From: a virus
Lineage: Duplodnaviria; Heunggongvirae; Uroviricota; Caudoviricetes
Strand: one strand, 5' to 3'
Virus record (IMG/VR): IMGVR_UViG_3300044712_000568
Location: 166,155 to 230,154 of that record
DNA length: 64,000 nucleotides
The position numbers were made by a program, and so were the translations under genes. Under the pieces are notes generated by a model that ran no database searches, had not been told where the DNA came from, and was given only the letters and a program-made list of their open reading frames with translations. Shown piece by piece: positions 39,012 to 48,946 of the stretch (positions are counted from its first letter, which is position 1; every line of letters begins with the position of its first letter).

Positions 39012-39340
39012 TGCGCAGTCTTAAAAAGATCTGGTCTGACCTTCTTGATTCATTCATGGTAGTCCAGAACACTCCGAAGAAGATCGGTAATGTATTCGGA
39101 GAGGACAAATTACGCTTGGGTAAGATTTATGCCCGAGAGAAGCGAGTAGGATTCAAAGTAGTAGTCATCTATTGCTTTGAGGGAGTAAACAAGAATCGAC
39201 CCGCCTTCTTTGGTTGGTGCGAAGACATTAAGACCATTGAAAATCATATCCAGGAAAGATACCCGAATTGTTTCTTTACTCGTAATACCCCTTTTGATGA
39301 TGCTCTTGACGGAATTGAAAAACAACTTCAGGAGATTTAA
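39012..39340 (+). CDS. hypothetical protein
   Basis: internal ATG of 38975..39340 ORF preceded by aaggagatttATG. Confidence 0.45.
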
Positions 39341-39693
39341 TGATCTGCACAAAGTTTGCAAATCAAGTAGAGTCGCTGAAAACTCCTCAGAAACCAATCC
39401 GTCCCAATGTCTTTTTAAAGACAGTAGAAGAACTGTCGTTAGAAGAACTGCAGGCTCTTCCACAGATCAAACAGACCTACACAGATGAGCTAGCCTCTTA
39501 CGAGGAAGCTAAAATTTTTAATCAGAACTGTAAAAGTTCTGTTCTGATTGATTTTCATAAAGCTCTCGCTGAGGAATATGGAGAGTCGATGGGAACAATC
39601 CGAGAGCATTACATCTGGAAGGCGGCCAGTGCTGAAAGGAATTACTACGAGATCGAATGTAAGTATATGGAACTTGCAGGAGTTCCGAGGTAA
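39340..39693 (+). CDS. hypothetical protein
   Basis: 117 aa, TAATG coupling. Confidence 0.45.
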   Translation: MICTKFANQVESLKTPQKPIRPNVFLKTVEELSLEELQALPQIKQTYTDELASYEEAKIFNQNCKSSVLIDFHKALAEEYGESMGTIREHYIWKAASAERNYYEIECKYMELAGVPR

Positions 39694-40087
39694 TTGAGCT
39701 TCGAGAAGAATAACCTCCTTCTCTCCAATGTCCTAACGCATGGACAGGATTACAATGATGCCAATGGGAAGGTGAAACGATAGATCCGTCCCGCAATCCT
39801 GGAATAAACGGCAATTTGCTGAAAGAATTGGAGAGCGTTAGGGCTCTCCGATTCATACAGATGTTTTCAAAGGAGGTTCCTATGCGTTAAGTTTAGGGCC
39901 TATCAGAGACTCCCATTCGGTCATGGATGGGAGTCTCATTTTTTTGATTTGCTTTGAGAAGTCCTGAAAATGACATGCTCTAGGTGAGCGCCTGCTAAAA
40001 TAAGGGCTTGGCCAAGCTGGTAGGAACAAGAGACTAGGCTTCCCTCATTAACAGGATTTCTTAAAACAAATCAATTTCGAGGATACA

Positions 40088-40705
40088 ATGACCAACATTA
40101 ATCATCTGGCATTACTTATCCTAGGCTTTGATGAAAGTTATACTCCCACGCGGGATGAGCTGGCACAAGCCTTTAGATCCGCAAGCCTCAAGTTCCATCC
40201 GGATGCTGGAGGTAATGCTTTAACTTTCAGAGGATTGACCCTAGCGAAAGAGGTTGTGGAATCGAATTTGCCGGTTGTGAAGAAACCTGCTCAATCCTCT
40301 ACGAAGGCTAAGAGTAACTACCGAAATAAGACTAATGACGAGGTAATTCAAGAATTACACAATGAAATTCATCATTGGGCTCGTATGGCTGTGGTTAACC
40401 TCTCTGGAGGAACCAAACGAGTTAAGGAAATCACAGTTACTGCAGAAGGTGTCGGAACTCTCACTGTAACTTGCTCAAATAAGTGGGATGTTGATAGCAT
40501 TTCTATTCCGAGTAAGTATCATAAGAATGAAGATGTTCTTGTGATGTTTAGAACCTGTCTGAACTGGATTAGCAATAAGCCCAGAGAAAAGTATAAACAA
40601 GATGGGCATATTACCTTCCAGGGCAGAGAAATAAACATTCAATTCGATTGCGAGTTTGAATCGTCTTGGGAGCAGTTCAAAAACTTCTTCCATAACATCT
40701 TCTGA
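40088..40705 (+). CDS. J-domain (DnaJ-like) protein
   Basis: N-terminal LKFHPDAGGN (HPD motif) after helix I/II-like segment. Confidence 0.55.
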   Translation: MTNINHLALLILGFDESYTPTRDELAQAFRSASLKFHPDAGGNALTFRGLTLAKEVVESNLPVVKKPAQSSTKAKSNYRNKTNDEVIQELHNEIHHWARMAVVNLSGGTKRVKEITVTAEGVGTLTVTCSNKWDVDSISIPSKYHKNEDVLVMFRTCLNWISNKPREKYKQDGHITFQGREINIQFDCEFESSWEQFKNFFHNIF

Positions 40706-40712
40706 GGATAAC

Positions 40713-41006
40713 ATGGCTTACTTGATGAACGCTATTCTTATCTTTGTTGTTATTCTCATCTTCAACATGTTCGACAAACCTTCCCATATCTGGATAGCTC
40801 TGATGGTTATGACCTTCTTAGCTTCCACCTTGACTGAAGATCTCTGGACTTCTTTCAAGTATGGGATTACCGCTGGCATTATTTCTTTACTCCTGGGTGG
40901 CCTCTTCTGGTGGTTGCTTCATACCATTTTGGGAGTGCAGACTGCTCCTATCTATTTCATTGGTGTGGTTCATGCCATCGCATCTTTTGCTGGCAATAGG
41001 GAGTAG
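40713..41006 (+). CDS. small membrane protein (2-3 TM; holin-like size)
   Basis: gaggataacATG; internal start of 40656..41006 ORF. Confidence 0.45.
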   Translation: MAYLMNAILIFVVILIFNMFDKPSHIWIALMVMTFLASTLTEDLWTSFKYGITAGIISLLLGGLFWWLLHTILGVQTAPIYFIGVVHAIASFAGNRE

Positions 41007-41094
41007 GTGATTCATGAACAAGGGACTTTCTAAACAAGCTCCGTTCTTTCGGCGTCTTTGGTCAGCCTTGATCTCTTTCTTCAAGGGAGAGTAA

Positions 41095-41382
41095 ATGGAC
41101 ATCAAAGAGATTTCAACTAAGGATCTTCAAGCTGAGCTTCAAAGGCGAGAGCATGAAGCAGCCTTAGAGGCTCAGCGAAAGAGAGAAGCAAAAGAACAGT
41201 TCTGGATTGAGCATCTGGAACTGATACTTCAGCTAATTCCGGAACATTCCAGAACTTCTTGCTCCGATGAGAATCCTAATAACTATGGAAGGTGTGATCG
41301 TTGCACTCTTCTTGAAATGAGAGGCTCTACTTATTGGAACAGTAGTTATGAACTCACGCTTTATTTGAGTGAGCGTAGCTAA
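41095..41382 (+). CDS. hypothetical coiled-coil protein
   Basis: 95 aa. Confidence 0.45.
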   Translation: MDIKEISTKDLQAELQRREHEAALEAQRKREAKEQFWIEHLELILQLIPEHSRTSCSDENPNNYGRCDRCTLLEMRGSTYWNSSYELTLYLSERS

Positions 41383-41540
41383 TGAGCAACCAATTCACTG
41401 AAGCGTTCGACTACATCACTGGTGGCAAAGAGGGAAAGCTAGAAAAGTTTTTGAGAAGGCTTAGTCTCTTCGTGCTACTCGTTGGAGTTCCTGCAGGATT
41501 TATTCTCTTGGGCTGGTGGCTCCGTGGCTTCTATCTTTAA
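41382..41540 (+). CDS. small membrane protein (52 aa), not in track
   Basis: TAATG overlap with upstream stop; hydrophobic LSLFVLLVGVPAGFILLGWW. Confidence 0.35.
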   Translation: MSNQFTEAFDYITGGKEGKLEKFLRRLSLFVLLVGVPAGFILLGWWLRGFYL

Positions 41541-41675
41541 GGTCACTCTCTTTAACCACAAGCGAGAACCTTTAACAGAGGTTAGGGTTCACGCCTCACA
41601 TTTCGTAGAAGCTCCTGCAATTGCTCTTAGACAATACAAAAGTCTTGGGGCTGTATTTGCTTCCGTGAGGATTCA

Positions 41676-42062
41676 GTGAAGCTTAAAATAGTGTGTGGAA
41701 GGTGCTGTCTAATTCAGGCAGTATCCAAGATAGCAATCGGATACTGGTATAAGTCCCATGTGGGCAAATATCATTCTATCCGACTAAAGAAGAAGAAGTT
41801 TATTGTATTAGGTTATTGGAAACACAGTGAGCTGTCAACCATTCCCGCATACAAAGGAGCTATTCCTTCTTCCTTGTTTATTTATCCGGTAGATCTTCCG
41901 TTTAGATCCTGGGTAGATGTTCAAGTGTCTACTTGGTGTAGACTTTATTTCTATACCTTCCTCGCACTAGAAGGAGATCCTCTTGGAGCTAACAGCTTTA
42001 GGAGTTTCTTCTATGTCTCCAAGATGAAAAACAAGTCTCTGTTTCATGGACATATCATCTGA
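41676..42062 (+). CDS. hypothetical protein
   Basis: 128 aa. Confidence 0.4.
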   Translation: MKLKIVCGRCCLIQAVSKIAIGYWYKSHVGKYHSIRLKKKKFIVLGYWKHSELSTIPAYKGAIPSSLFIYPVDLPFRSWVDVQVSTWCRLYFYTFLALEGDPLGANSFRSFFYVSKMKNKSLFHGHII

Positions 42063-42402
42063 GGTAATTGTGGATAACATCACTCTTCACAACATTAAGA
42101 AACATGCTAAGAGCATGGAAGGTGTTGCGATTGGTGTCTGCGGTTATCTTTATATGGCTGCGTCTGTTGGTTGTGGAATAGACGAAGGACATTTTAATGG
42201 AGAGTTTGGTGAACGACTCTCTAAGAAAGATGCGGCTGAAACAATGCTCTGGGGTTTAGAGTATGCTGCTAAACAATCCAATCCTGATACATGGAGACTG
42301 ATATATGCTCTCGGATTTCCTATTGAAGTGGAGAAGAAAGAGAGCGATCAGGCAGCTAGAAAAGATGTTGGATCAGGCAGAAAAGGACGCCGAGAAATAT
42401 GA
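42046..42402 (+). CDS. hypothetical protein
   Basis: 118 aa. Confidence 0.4.
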   Translation: MDISSEVIVDNITLHNIKKHAKSMEGVAIGVCGYLYMAASVGCGIDEGHFNGEFGERLSKKDAAETMLWGLEYAAKQSNPDTWRLIYALGFPIEVEKKESDQAARKDVGSGRKGRREI

Positions 42403-42473
42403 ACTGAGCTATGAATTTAAAACATTCTTAGCTAAGATGCGACTGAAGCTGATCCAACTGAAGGACAAACACA

Positions 42474-42974
42474 ATGTCGGATGATAAGGTTCTCAGCCAT
42501 TACTGGAATTGGATGGGTTCCTTTACCAAAGGGCCTCAACCATGTGGATGCGGTGGACCTTCTGACTGTCCCAAAAGAGAAGAACACATTCCTCAAGCAA
42601 TCAAAAAGTTGGCGCAAAAGCAAGAAGAAGGCCAACTTCGTTATCGCCAGCAACAAAGGGAAGCAGCGGGAATTACAAATCTTCTGATTCATTCTGGTGC
42701 TGCGTTAACAAGAGTAAGAGTGACAGATTTAGAATTTGTCACGATGTTGCTTAGCACTATTCCTTCTGGTATTGAGAGTCAGGATGATCTTAATCTGGTA
42801 AAAGGAATTGGTGTTAGGTTATTCAAGGTACTGAACGCTTTTCTTTGGAAGAATGGAGCTGGAGTAAATCAAGATGAGTTTGACAGTGATGTTAACTCGT
42901 TAATGATTCTTCACTCCAATGTTCCTGACAAATTCAATGTAGTTCGGAAACAAGGAGCATCTGATGTTGGCTGA
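42474..42974 (+). CDS. hypothetical protein
   Basis: 166 aa; aaggacaaacacaATG. Confidence 0.45.
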   Translation: MSDDKVLSHYWNWMGSFTKGPQPCGCGGPSDCPKREEHIPQAIKKLAQKQEEGQLRYRQQQREAAGITNLLIHSGAALTRVRVTDLEFVTMLLSTIPSGIESQDDLNLVKGIGVRLFKVLNAFLWKNGAGVNQDEFDSDVNSLMILHSNVPDKFNVVRKQGASDVG

Positions 42975-43142
42975 TCTGGAATATCAAGCAATTGCCATGC
43001 AAGTGTGTGCCTTATCCTTTAACTGTGTTGCAGATCCGGTGAAAACTGTTGATCTTCTCACTGGTTATCTGTGGGATGAGGAAGAGGCGCGGAAGATCAA
43101 AAAGCACTTGGTTCCCATCACTTAACCCTTCTGGAGAAGCCA

Positions 43143-43511
43143 ATGAGAGTTCTAATCATTGATGATGATATGGAAACTCGAAAGGATATCATTCTTCCTT
43201 TCTATCAGCGCAGAGGATCGGAAGATACTTTCTGGCTGGATCGTTGGCCTACCCTATTCCTCGAATTCATGAAAGACAATCCTTCCTTCACTCATATTTC
43301 ATTTGATCATGATCTTGGTCATACGGATGTGAGTGTTGAACTGAATCGAATGATGTTTCGGAATCCTGATCTCTTCGATGAGGTTTTTAAGGATAAACAT
43401 ATCGTCATTCATTCAATGAATGTGGTGGGAGCAACTAATATTCTTCACAAGCTGAAGGACCATGTTACTTCTGTTGCAGTCATTCCTCTTCATCTGATGA
43501 AGGAGTTATAA
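43143..43511 (+). CDS. hypothetical protein (N-terminus MRVLIIDDD resembles response-regulator receiver start)
   Basis: motif reading only. Confidence 0.4.
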   Translation: MRVLIIDDDMETRKDIILPFYQRRGSEDTFWLDRWPTLFLEFMKDNPSFTHISFDHDLGHTDVSVELNRMMFRNPDLFDEVFKDKHIVIHSMNVVGATNILHKLKDHVTSVAVIPLHLMKEL

Positions 43512-43891
43512 TGATTCCTAACATTGATCCACGACTCACTCAAGCGTTTAACCAGAGAGTTGAACGCTATCTGACCAAGATCCTGAAATACATCGCGGAA
43601 GGAAATGAAGAGCCTATTACAGAGTTCTCAGCTTCATACGCTGGTGGAACTCTGTGTCTGGCGATGCCTTTCTGGAAGCCTTCTCCGAATCTTTCAGCAG
43701 ACAACGCTGTCACTGAATTGATTCTGTTGAATATGGATGGTCAGGCCAATTCAACAATTTACGGAGACTTCAGACTCACTTCTGAAAACCTTCATCGAGT
43801 TCGGGAGATCTATCGTGAGTCAAAAGGAGAAACCGATTACTATCGAGAGTCCCTCAGAAGTGAACTCCACCCTTCTTCACAAGGTCTGTGA
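43511..43891 (+). CDS. hypothetical protein
   Basis: 126 aa, ATGA coupling. Confidence 0.45.
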   Translation: MIPNIDPRLTQAFNQRVERYLTKILKYIAEGNEEPITEFSASYAGGTLCLAMPFWKPSPNLSADNAVTELILLNMDGQANSTIYGDFRLTSENLHRVREIYRESKGETDYYRESLRSELHPSSQGL

Positions 43892-44466
43892 AATAAGGAA
43901 TCTTCCTAAGAGAAAGAAAGCAAACTTCTCAAAATTTCAAATGATATGGCTCAAGGGTGGTCTTAACTAGAGTCATACATAGGTCTATTGAGCGTTTCTC
44001 TTTAGACTTAGCAATAAGCCTGCTATCAAGGATGGCTACCTTGACCCACTGTTGTCGTTGAAATAGCAAATGGCATTACGCCCAGAGAACCGATTCGGCT
44101 CCCTATCTCCTGACAACAAGGAATGGCTAAAATCCAAAAGCAATCGGCAAGCTGAGGTTACGCATTCCACCGCACATAGAAAGAGTAGACGGATCTCTGT
44201 AACTAAAACCGCCTAGGGAGCGTAGACACTAGACAGTCGAGGCTTTTACATTCCGCGTCCTATATAGGAGGGTTCTGTTTCTCTCTTTGCTCAGAGAGGA
44301 CATCCTAGCCAAGCTCAGTGGAACTACCATTACGGAAAGCTGAGTAGTCTAAGAGCAATCAATTTGTTTCGGGAAGATCATTATCTACCTCTTGATGGCG
44401 CTTTCAGTGTCCTGTTAGATTAGCTCTAATGATCTTCACGAAGCGAATACGCTTCATGGAGGACTT

Positions 44467-44643
44467 ATGACCAAGTCCAGTAAGGCTCTGGCAGCTGAAG
44501 TAGAAGCTGTCAATTCTTCCCTCCCAATTGATTTGGTGGCTCTCAGAGAAGAGTCAGCCATTTTAGAAGAGCTGGAAGAAACAGGAATTATGGAGGGCTG
44601 GTGTGAACAAGACGAAGACGCTGAAGAAGTTTAGCGTATCTTT
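44467..44643 (+). CDS. small acidic protein (58 aa), not in track
   Basis: tggaggacttATG. Confidence 0.4.
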
Positions 44644-44791
44644 GATCGGTCTTTTTAGGAATGTAATATTCCAACAAGAGATCTACGCATCAGACAAATA
44701 CCATGCCATTAAGATTGCTGCGGCGATCTACAATGACTGTTATTTGAAAGGTGATGCGGTTGAGATTTTGCCGGAAGCGGTGATTTCTTAG
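44603..44791 (+). CDS. hypothetical protein (GTG start)
   Basis: 62 aa ORF overlapping previous by 41 nt. Confidence 0.3.
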   Translation: MNKTKTLKKFSVSLIGLFRNVIFQQEIYASDKYHAIKIAAAIYNDCYLKGDAVEILPEAVIS

Positions 44792-44966
44792 CAAAGTCAA
44801 CTCTCTCTTATAGATTCGCCAAGTTATGCTTGTTCCATGATTTGGCGAAATTTCTTCCTGGAGCTTTACATGCAGTTTATGTTTCTGATTTTTGGCACAT
44901 TGACTGAGGAAAAAGAAGATTTCCTCGATTTTCTACTTCCGAGTTTCTTTAAGAGAAAGGATAAAC

Positions 44967-45350
44967 ATGTGTGAGCGGTGTCGGAGACCTTCTCCGTTTG
45001 AGACGAAGGAAAAGATGGACGCATACATCAATCAGTGTTACGCTTACGGGCAAGATTTGGGTAAGCGAAATGTCTCGGTTGAAGATGCGGTTCAGAATGC
45101 TTTTGAGTTCTGTGAAACCTTTCTTCCTCAAACGATGGAAGGTAAGATCGGAATGACTTTTGTCCAGGTTGGCTGGGAACATCCTGACGATGGGCCGCTG
45201 ACTGGTGGCGACAAAGGTGTCATCATTTCTCGTGTTCTTATTGCTTCTGGCCATATTGCTGAAGTTTTGAGCATGCTTCTTTCTTCTGCCGATGACAAGG
45301 AAGATTCACAAGAATCCTCCGGTCCTGGCCCTGACGAAACAATTCATTAA
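44967..45350 (+). CDS. hypothetical protein
   Basis: 127 aa. Confidence 0.45.
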   Translation: MCERCRRPSPFETKEKMDAYINQCYAYGQDLGKRNVSVEDAVQNAFEFCETFLPQTMEGKIGMTFVQVGWEHPDDGPLTGGDKGVIISRVLIASGHIAEVLSMLLSSADDKEDSQESSGPGPDETIH

Positions 45351-45359
45351 GGAGTCATC

Positions 45360-45704
45360 ATGGCTCGTAAGATTCGTAGATCTAACCGAGACGGCTACAC
45401 TCTTTTGTTTTCCGATGAGGCGTATGCAATCGAATGGAAAACTGGAAATCTTTCTCGGTTCTTCCGTAATCTCTGGAATGTCAACGAAGTTCTTCGCCAA
45501 GCGTGGCCGAAGATCAAAACAGACCATCAATTTGCGATGGTAATGGTTGACAAGTGCTGTCATTCCCTTCGATATTACAGGGATAAATACGGATATAACT
45601 CTGCTCCGTTCTATCTTGTCCCTAAGGAGCATCTTCATTTCAAGGCCCTTCAGGGTCAGATTAACCGCCATGCGCCGGTTTCGATTAAGGGCCTTCAGGA
45701 TTAG
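45360..45704 (+). CDS. hypothetical protein
   Basis: 114 aa; ggagtcatcATG. Confidence 0.45.
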   Translation: MARKIRRSNRDGYTLLFSDEAYAIEWKTGNLSRFFRNLWNVNEVLRQAWPKIKTDHQFAMVMVDKCCHSLRYYRDKYGYNSAPFYLVPKEHLHFKALQGQINRHAPVSIKGLQD

Positions 45705-45736
45705 GCAATTTGACCGATACTAGGAGTAGAGCATTA

Positions 45737-45910
45737 TGAGTATCGAAGTAATTCTTACTGACAGAAACAATCAGAGGACTACACAGTCCTTCGGTTCTGA
45801 CCTAAAGGCAGCCAGCAAAGTTTTAGTTGCCTCATGGAAAGATCAAACCCACAAAGAGGGCGAAATCCGTAAGAACGGAGAAGTTCTCATGCAGTTTGGT
45901 TATTCCTAAT
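45737..45910 (+). CDS. small protein (57 aa), not in track
   Basis: ctaggagtagagcattATG; ends 1 nt before tRNA. Confidence 0.35.
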
Positions 45911-45984
45911 CGCCCTATAGCTTAATGGTAGAGCGGCGGCCTTATAAGCCGTTGGCGATGGTTCAATTCCATCTAGGGCGACCA
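45911..45984 (+). tRNA. tRNA, anticodon UAU (Ile, AUA-decoding) by hand fold
   Basis: acceptor cgcccta/tagggcg, D arm gctt-aatggta-gagc, anticodon arm gcggc-cttataa-gccgt, T arm gatgg-ttcaatt-ccatc, CCA encoded. Confidence 0.65.
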
Positions 45985-46036
45985 TACCCTTATAAGCATT
46001 GCAAAAGGATTATAATTAAGTATAGGAGCTTCCTAT

Positions 46037-46453
46037 ATGAAATTATGTCCTTCCTGCAAAGAACAAAAACAAGAAACAGAATTTAATCTTACTGGCAATA
46101 AACTTCAATCTTGGTGTAAAAGTTGTCAGTGCGTAAAAGCAAAAAAGCAATACGAAGCTAACAAGGAAGAACAAAAGAAAAAAATAGAAGAGAATAGAAA
46201 GAAACGACGATCTCTTCTACAACAATACTTGTTGGATAGATTTAAATCAGGTTGCTTAGACTGTGGAATTACAGATCCTAGAGTATTAGAATGGGATCAT
46301 GTAAATGGTAAATCTTGGGATATTTCTAAGTTAATCCACGATGGTGCATCCATAGAACGAGCAGAGAAAGAATTGGCCAAGTGTGAATTAGTTTGCTCAA
46401 ATTGTCACAAAATACGGACATATGAGAGAACTTCTTCATATCGAAGCAAGTAA
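46037..46453 (+). CDS. HNH homing endonuclease
   Basis: LEWDHVNG ... CSNCH; N-terminal CxxC/CxxC; AT-rich island between two tRNA genes. Confidence 0.75.
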   Translation: MKLCPSCKEQKQETEFNLTGNKLQSWCKSCQCVKAKKQYEANKEEQKKKIEENRKKRRSLLQQYLLDRFKSGCLDCGITDPRVLEWDHVNGKSWDISKLIHDGASIERAEKELAKCELVCSNCHKIRTYERTSSYRSK

Positions 46454-46560
46454 TTTCCATTCCTGTTGAATGGTTGGATAGTCGAAAGAAGATAGAAACT
46501 GTCTATAAAATAAGCATACCCTGTTGCTTGACCAAGAAATCTAAAACAGGACTTCACCAA

Positions 46561-46646
46561 GCCCCGGTGGCGGAACGGTAGACGCTGCGGACTTAAAATC
46601 CGTTGATCGTAAGATCGTAGGGGTTCGATTCCCTTGCGGGGCACCA
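46561..46646 (+). tRNA. tRNA-Leu (anticodon UAA), type II
   Basis: anticodon arm gcgga-cttaaaa-tccgt, long variable arm, T arm agggg-ttcgatt-ccctt, acceptor gccccgg/gcggggc (one G:G mismatch), CCA encoded. Confidence 0.65.
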
Positions 46647-46816
46647 ATTTTGAGGATTCAATGATCAAAGAATTGAAAGATATGTCATTAAATGAATTAA
46701 TAGACTACCACACTGGTATTTTTATTATTTCACTTGGCAGAGGCGATTCAATCCGATCACTCATCACTGAAATCGTTCGAGTTACTTTAACATGGAAAGC
46801 CGAACACTCTAAATAA
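46634..46816 (+). CDS. hypothetical small protein
   Basis: 60-aa ORF overlapping tRNA 3 prime end; uncertain. Confidence 0.2.
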   Translation: MRGTNFEDSMIKELKDMSLNELIDYHTGIFIISLGRGDSIRSLITEIVRVTLTWKAEHSK

Positions 46817-46828
46817 TCTGGAGACACA

Positions 46829-47044
46829 ATGGAATCCATCTGTCCGTGTTGTGCTGTTCATATCGAGAAGTTAACTCCTGAGATTCGAGAAGCGAATAAT
46901 GGAGCAACTCTCGATTGTCCTAATTGTGAGGCTTTGCTGATCATTAAAGACAATCGGCTGTATGAATTCCATTCCCATCTGAATAAAGAAACTGAGGGAC
47001 AGTGGCCGGTTGACGGAAAGAACACTGGCTTCATTGAACTCTGA
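46829..47044 (+). CDS. small CxxC...CxxC protein
   Basis: ggagacacaATG; CPCC...CPNC. Confidence 0.45.
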   Translation: MESICPCCAVHIEKLTPEIREANNGATLDCPNCEALLIIKDNRLYEFHSHLNKETEGQWPVDGKNTGFIEL

Positions 47045-47629
47045 TTGTTCATGGGAAGGTTGGCTTAGAAGTAGCAACGAACTAGTAAATATCATACTCC
47101 TTGTGGCTTGAAACCTAAAGGGTTTCTGATAAACTAGTCCCTTTAAAGAGTGGATTTGCGAAAAGCAAGAGAGTAAATCTCTTGGTAACAAGAGATCCTT
47201 CAAGTTTCGTTATGGGTTTGTAAAATAACTGGATAACTACCAAAGACTCCAGAATTGTATCCTATTTCATGTAGATAACGGTGTTCGTATTAGATTTAAT
47301 CTAATACAAAGAAATAGGTTAAACCTAAGAGATCCCAAGGCATCCGTAATCCCGGACGGTGGTAGTCGAAATCAAAGAAGGCTAGGGTTTCTCTCATATG
47401 AATGAACTCTAGATTCCTTAGATCCTTTGGCGTAAGAAGCACACCAACGCAGCTAAGTTTAAGTTTCCGGTATAGCAAACTGCCGCATGTTAGGCAGAAA
47501 CTATCGGACGGTTAGTGAGTCCGTAACTCTGGTTCCCAATAGAATACCCTTTCTGGAAATTGGCGCGATTCTGACGAAGTATAAGGATCATCCAAGGACT
47601 GCGTAAATGTCCTCTTTCAAACTCACGGA

Positions 47630-47896
47630 TTGGCAAAAGGAGCCAAAATGAAGTGCGTTAAAAACAGTAATACCAATGAAGTCAAGCGTGTTTCCAACGA
47701 AACCGCTGATCGGCTCGTAGCTACGGGCAACTTCTCCTTCTGTCCCAAGGCTGAGTGGAAGGCCATGCGTCCCAAGGATTTCGTGAATCCTGAGCCACTG
47801 GCACCGAAACTTACTCAGGAAGAAAAGGCTCTGCGTCAGCGTTCCAAGAAGGATGCTTACAAGGCTCAGAAGAAGGCTGCGCGTCTCAATAAGTAA
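47630..47896 (+). CDS. basic hypothetical protein
   Basis: aaaggagccaaaATG. Confidence 0.5.
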   Translation: MAKGAKMKCVKNSNTNEVKRVSNETADRLVATGNFSFCPKAEWKAMRPKDFVNPEPLAPKLTQEEKALRQRSKKDAYKAQKKAARLNK

Positions 47897-47923
47897 CTCT
47901 CAATTCTTTTCTGGAGGTAACTA

Positions 47924-48099
47924 TGGATTGGCAACTCCAAAGGTTGGACGGAACTTGGATCGAGGCGACAAGTTTGCCCGTTGACTCCACAGGCTACCAG
48001 TGCGCTATTCTTATGCACGGTAAGATCGAACATCTTCGCCTCATTCCCACTCTCAACGCTGATAACGACCAGGATACTTGGTTCGTTGTTCAAAAGTAA
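47924..48099 (+). CDS. small protein (58 aa), not in track
   Basis: ctggaggtaactATG. Confidence 0.4.
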
Positions 48100-48109
48100 A
48101 GGAAAAGCT

Positions 48110-48430
48110 ATGAAGCTCAAGCAGTATATTCGTGAAGAGGATGGCGGTCAGCCCTTCGGCATCATGGTGGCCGATAAGACTGATACTGGCATTCGCTTTG
48201 GGTGGAGCATCGTTCATCCCAACGACAAGTTCAACAAGGCGCTTGGTGAGAAGATCGCCAATAACCGGCTTGAGTCTTGCGAACCTGACCAGATGTTTGT
48301 GGTCCCGACTGCTATGGTCGAGGATCTCAATGTTTTCATCAATCGGGCCAAGCGGTATTTCCGTGTGAATACGGAAAGTGTTGCCGTGGATGGTTACGCT
48401 CTTGCTGAGAGTGTTCGCAAGAAGAAGTAA
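48110..48430 (+). CDS. hypothetical protein
   Basis: internal ATG of 47981..48430 ORF preceded by taaaggaaaagct. Confidence 0.45.
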   Translation: MKLKQYIREEDGGQPFGIMVADKTDTGIRFGWSIVHPNDKFNKALGEKIANNRLESCEPDQMFVVPTAMVEDLNVFINRAKRYFRVNTESVAVDGYALAESVRKKK

Positions 48431-48673
48431 TCGCTTTCGATAAAGCATCTACCGGATAGGTGCCTCTTATCTACTCATAAAAGTGAAGCGTTAGTCTGGA
48501 ACTAGGGATCTGGTTGACAGTAACGAACTGATCATCACTGAGTAGGTCTTATATGCTCAGGTGAGTAGTCTGTAGACAAAGCGATTTAAATATCACTGGC
48601 AATTTCTAGTCATGCTTTGGAAACTAGCCTAAGGGCACAGATAAGCTACTGACTGGCGGACAGTGATTGAACG

Positions 48674-48717
48674 GTAGGGACACTGGTGAAAATCGGTGTC
48701 CCTACTTTCTCCTTTAG
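48674..48717 (+). terminator. rho-independent terminator (gtagggacac / gtgtccctac 10-bp stem + tttctccttt)
   Basis: read directly. Confidence 0.6.
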
Positions 48718-48794
48718 GCCCTAAAGGTTTTATGAAACAATGCGATAATTAAATAGTTAGATGTCGTATTATTTGATGAAACCTAGTTTGCCAT

Positions 48795-48871
48795 GTGCCT
48801 GTAGCTCAGCGGACAGTAGCAATTGCCTTCTAAGCAATAGGTCGGGGGTTCGAGTCCCTCCAGGCACACCA
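48795..48871 (+). tRNA. tRNA-Arg (anticodon UCU)
   Basis: acceptor gtgcctg/caggcac, anticodon arm attgc-cttctaa-gcaat, T arm ggggg-ttcgagt-ccctc, CCA encoded. Confidence 0.7.
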
Positions 48872-48876
48872 ACTTT

Positions 48877-48921
48877 TAAGTTCAGAGTCTTGTAAACAAG
48901 AAAAACAAGACTCTGAACTTA
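48877..48921. other. 16-bp perfect inverted repeat taagttcagagtcttg / caagactctgaactta, 13-nt loop
   Basis: begins 6 nt after tRNA-Arg CCA; no T-run. Confidence 0.6.
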
Positions 48922-48946
48922 CTAGAAATAAATCATACAAATCATA

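Noticed and set aside
38599-39463. minus-strand ORFs 38599-39108 and 39110-39463
   Set aside because: The plus-strand alternatives have SDs (aaggagattt ATG at 39012; ggagagccc ATG at 38813) and translational coupling. The minus-strand products look like low-complexity junk.
41482-41679. 65-aa ORF overlapping the hand-called small membrane ORF 41382-41540
   Set aside because: It has no SD, whereas the alternative has TAATG coupling to the upstream gene.
47866-48448. minus-strand ORFs 47866-48120 and 48053-48448
   Set aside because: They are antisense to two plus-strand ORFs with good SDs (47924-48099, 48110-48430).
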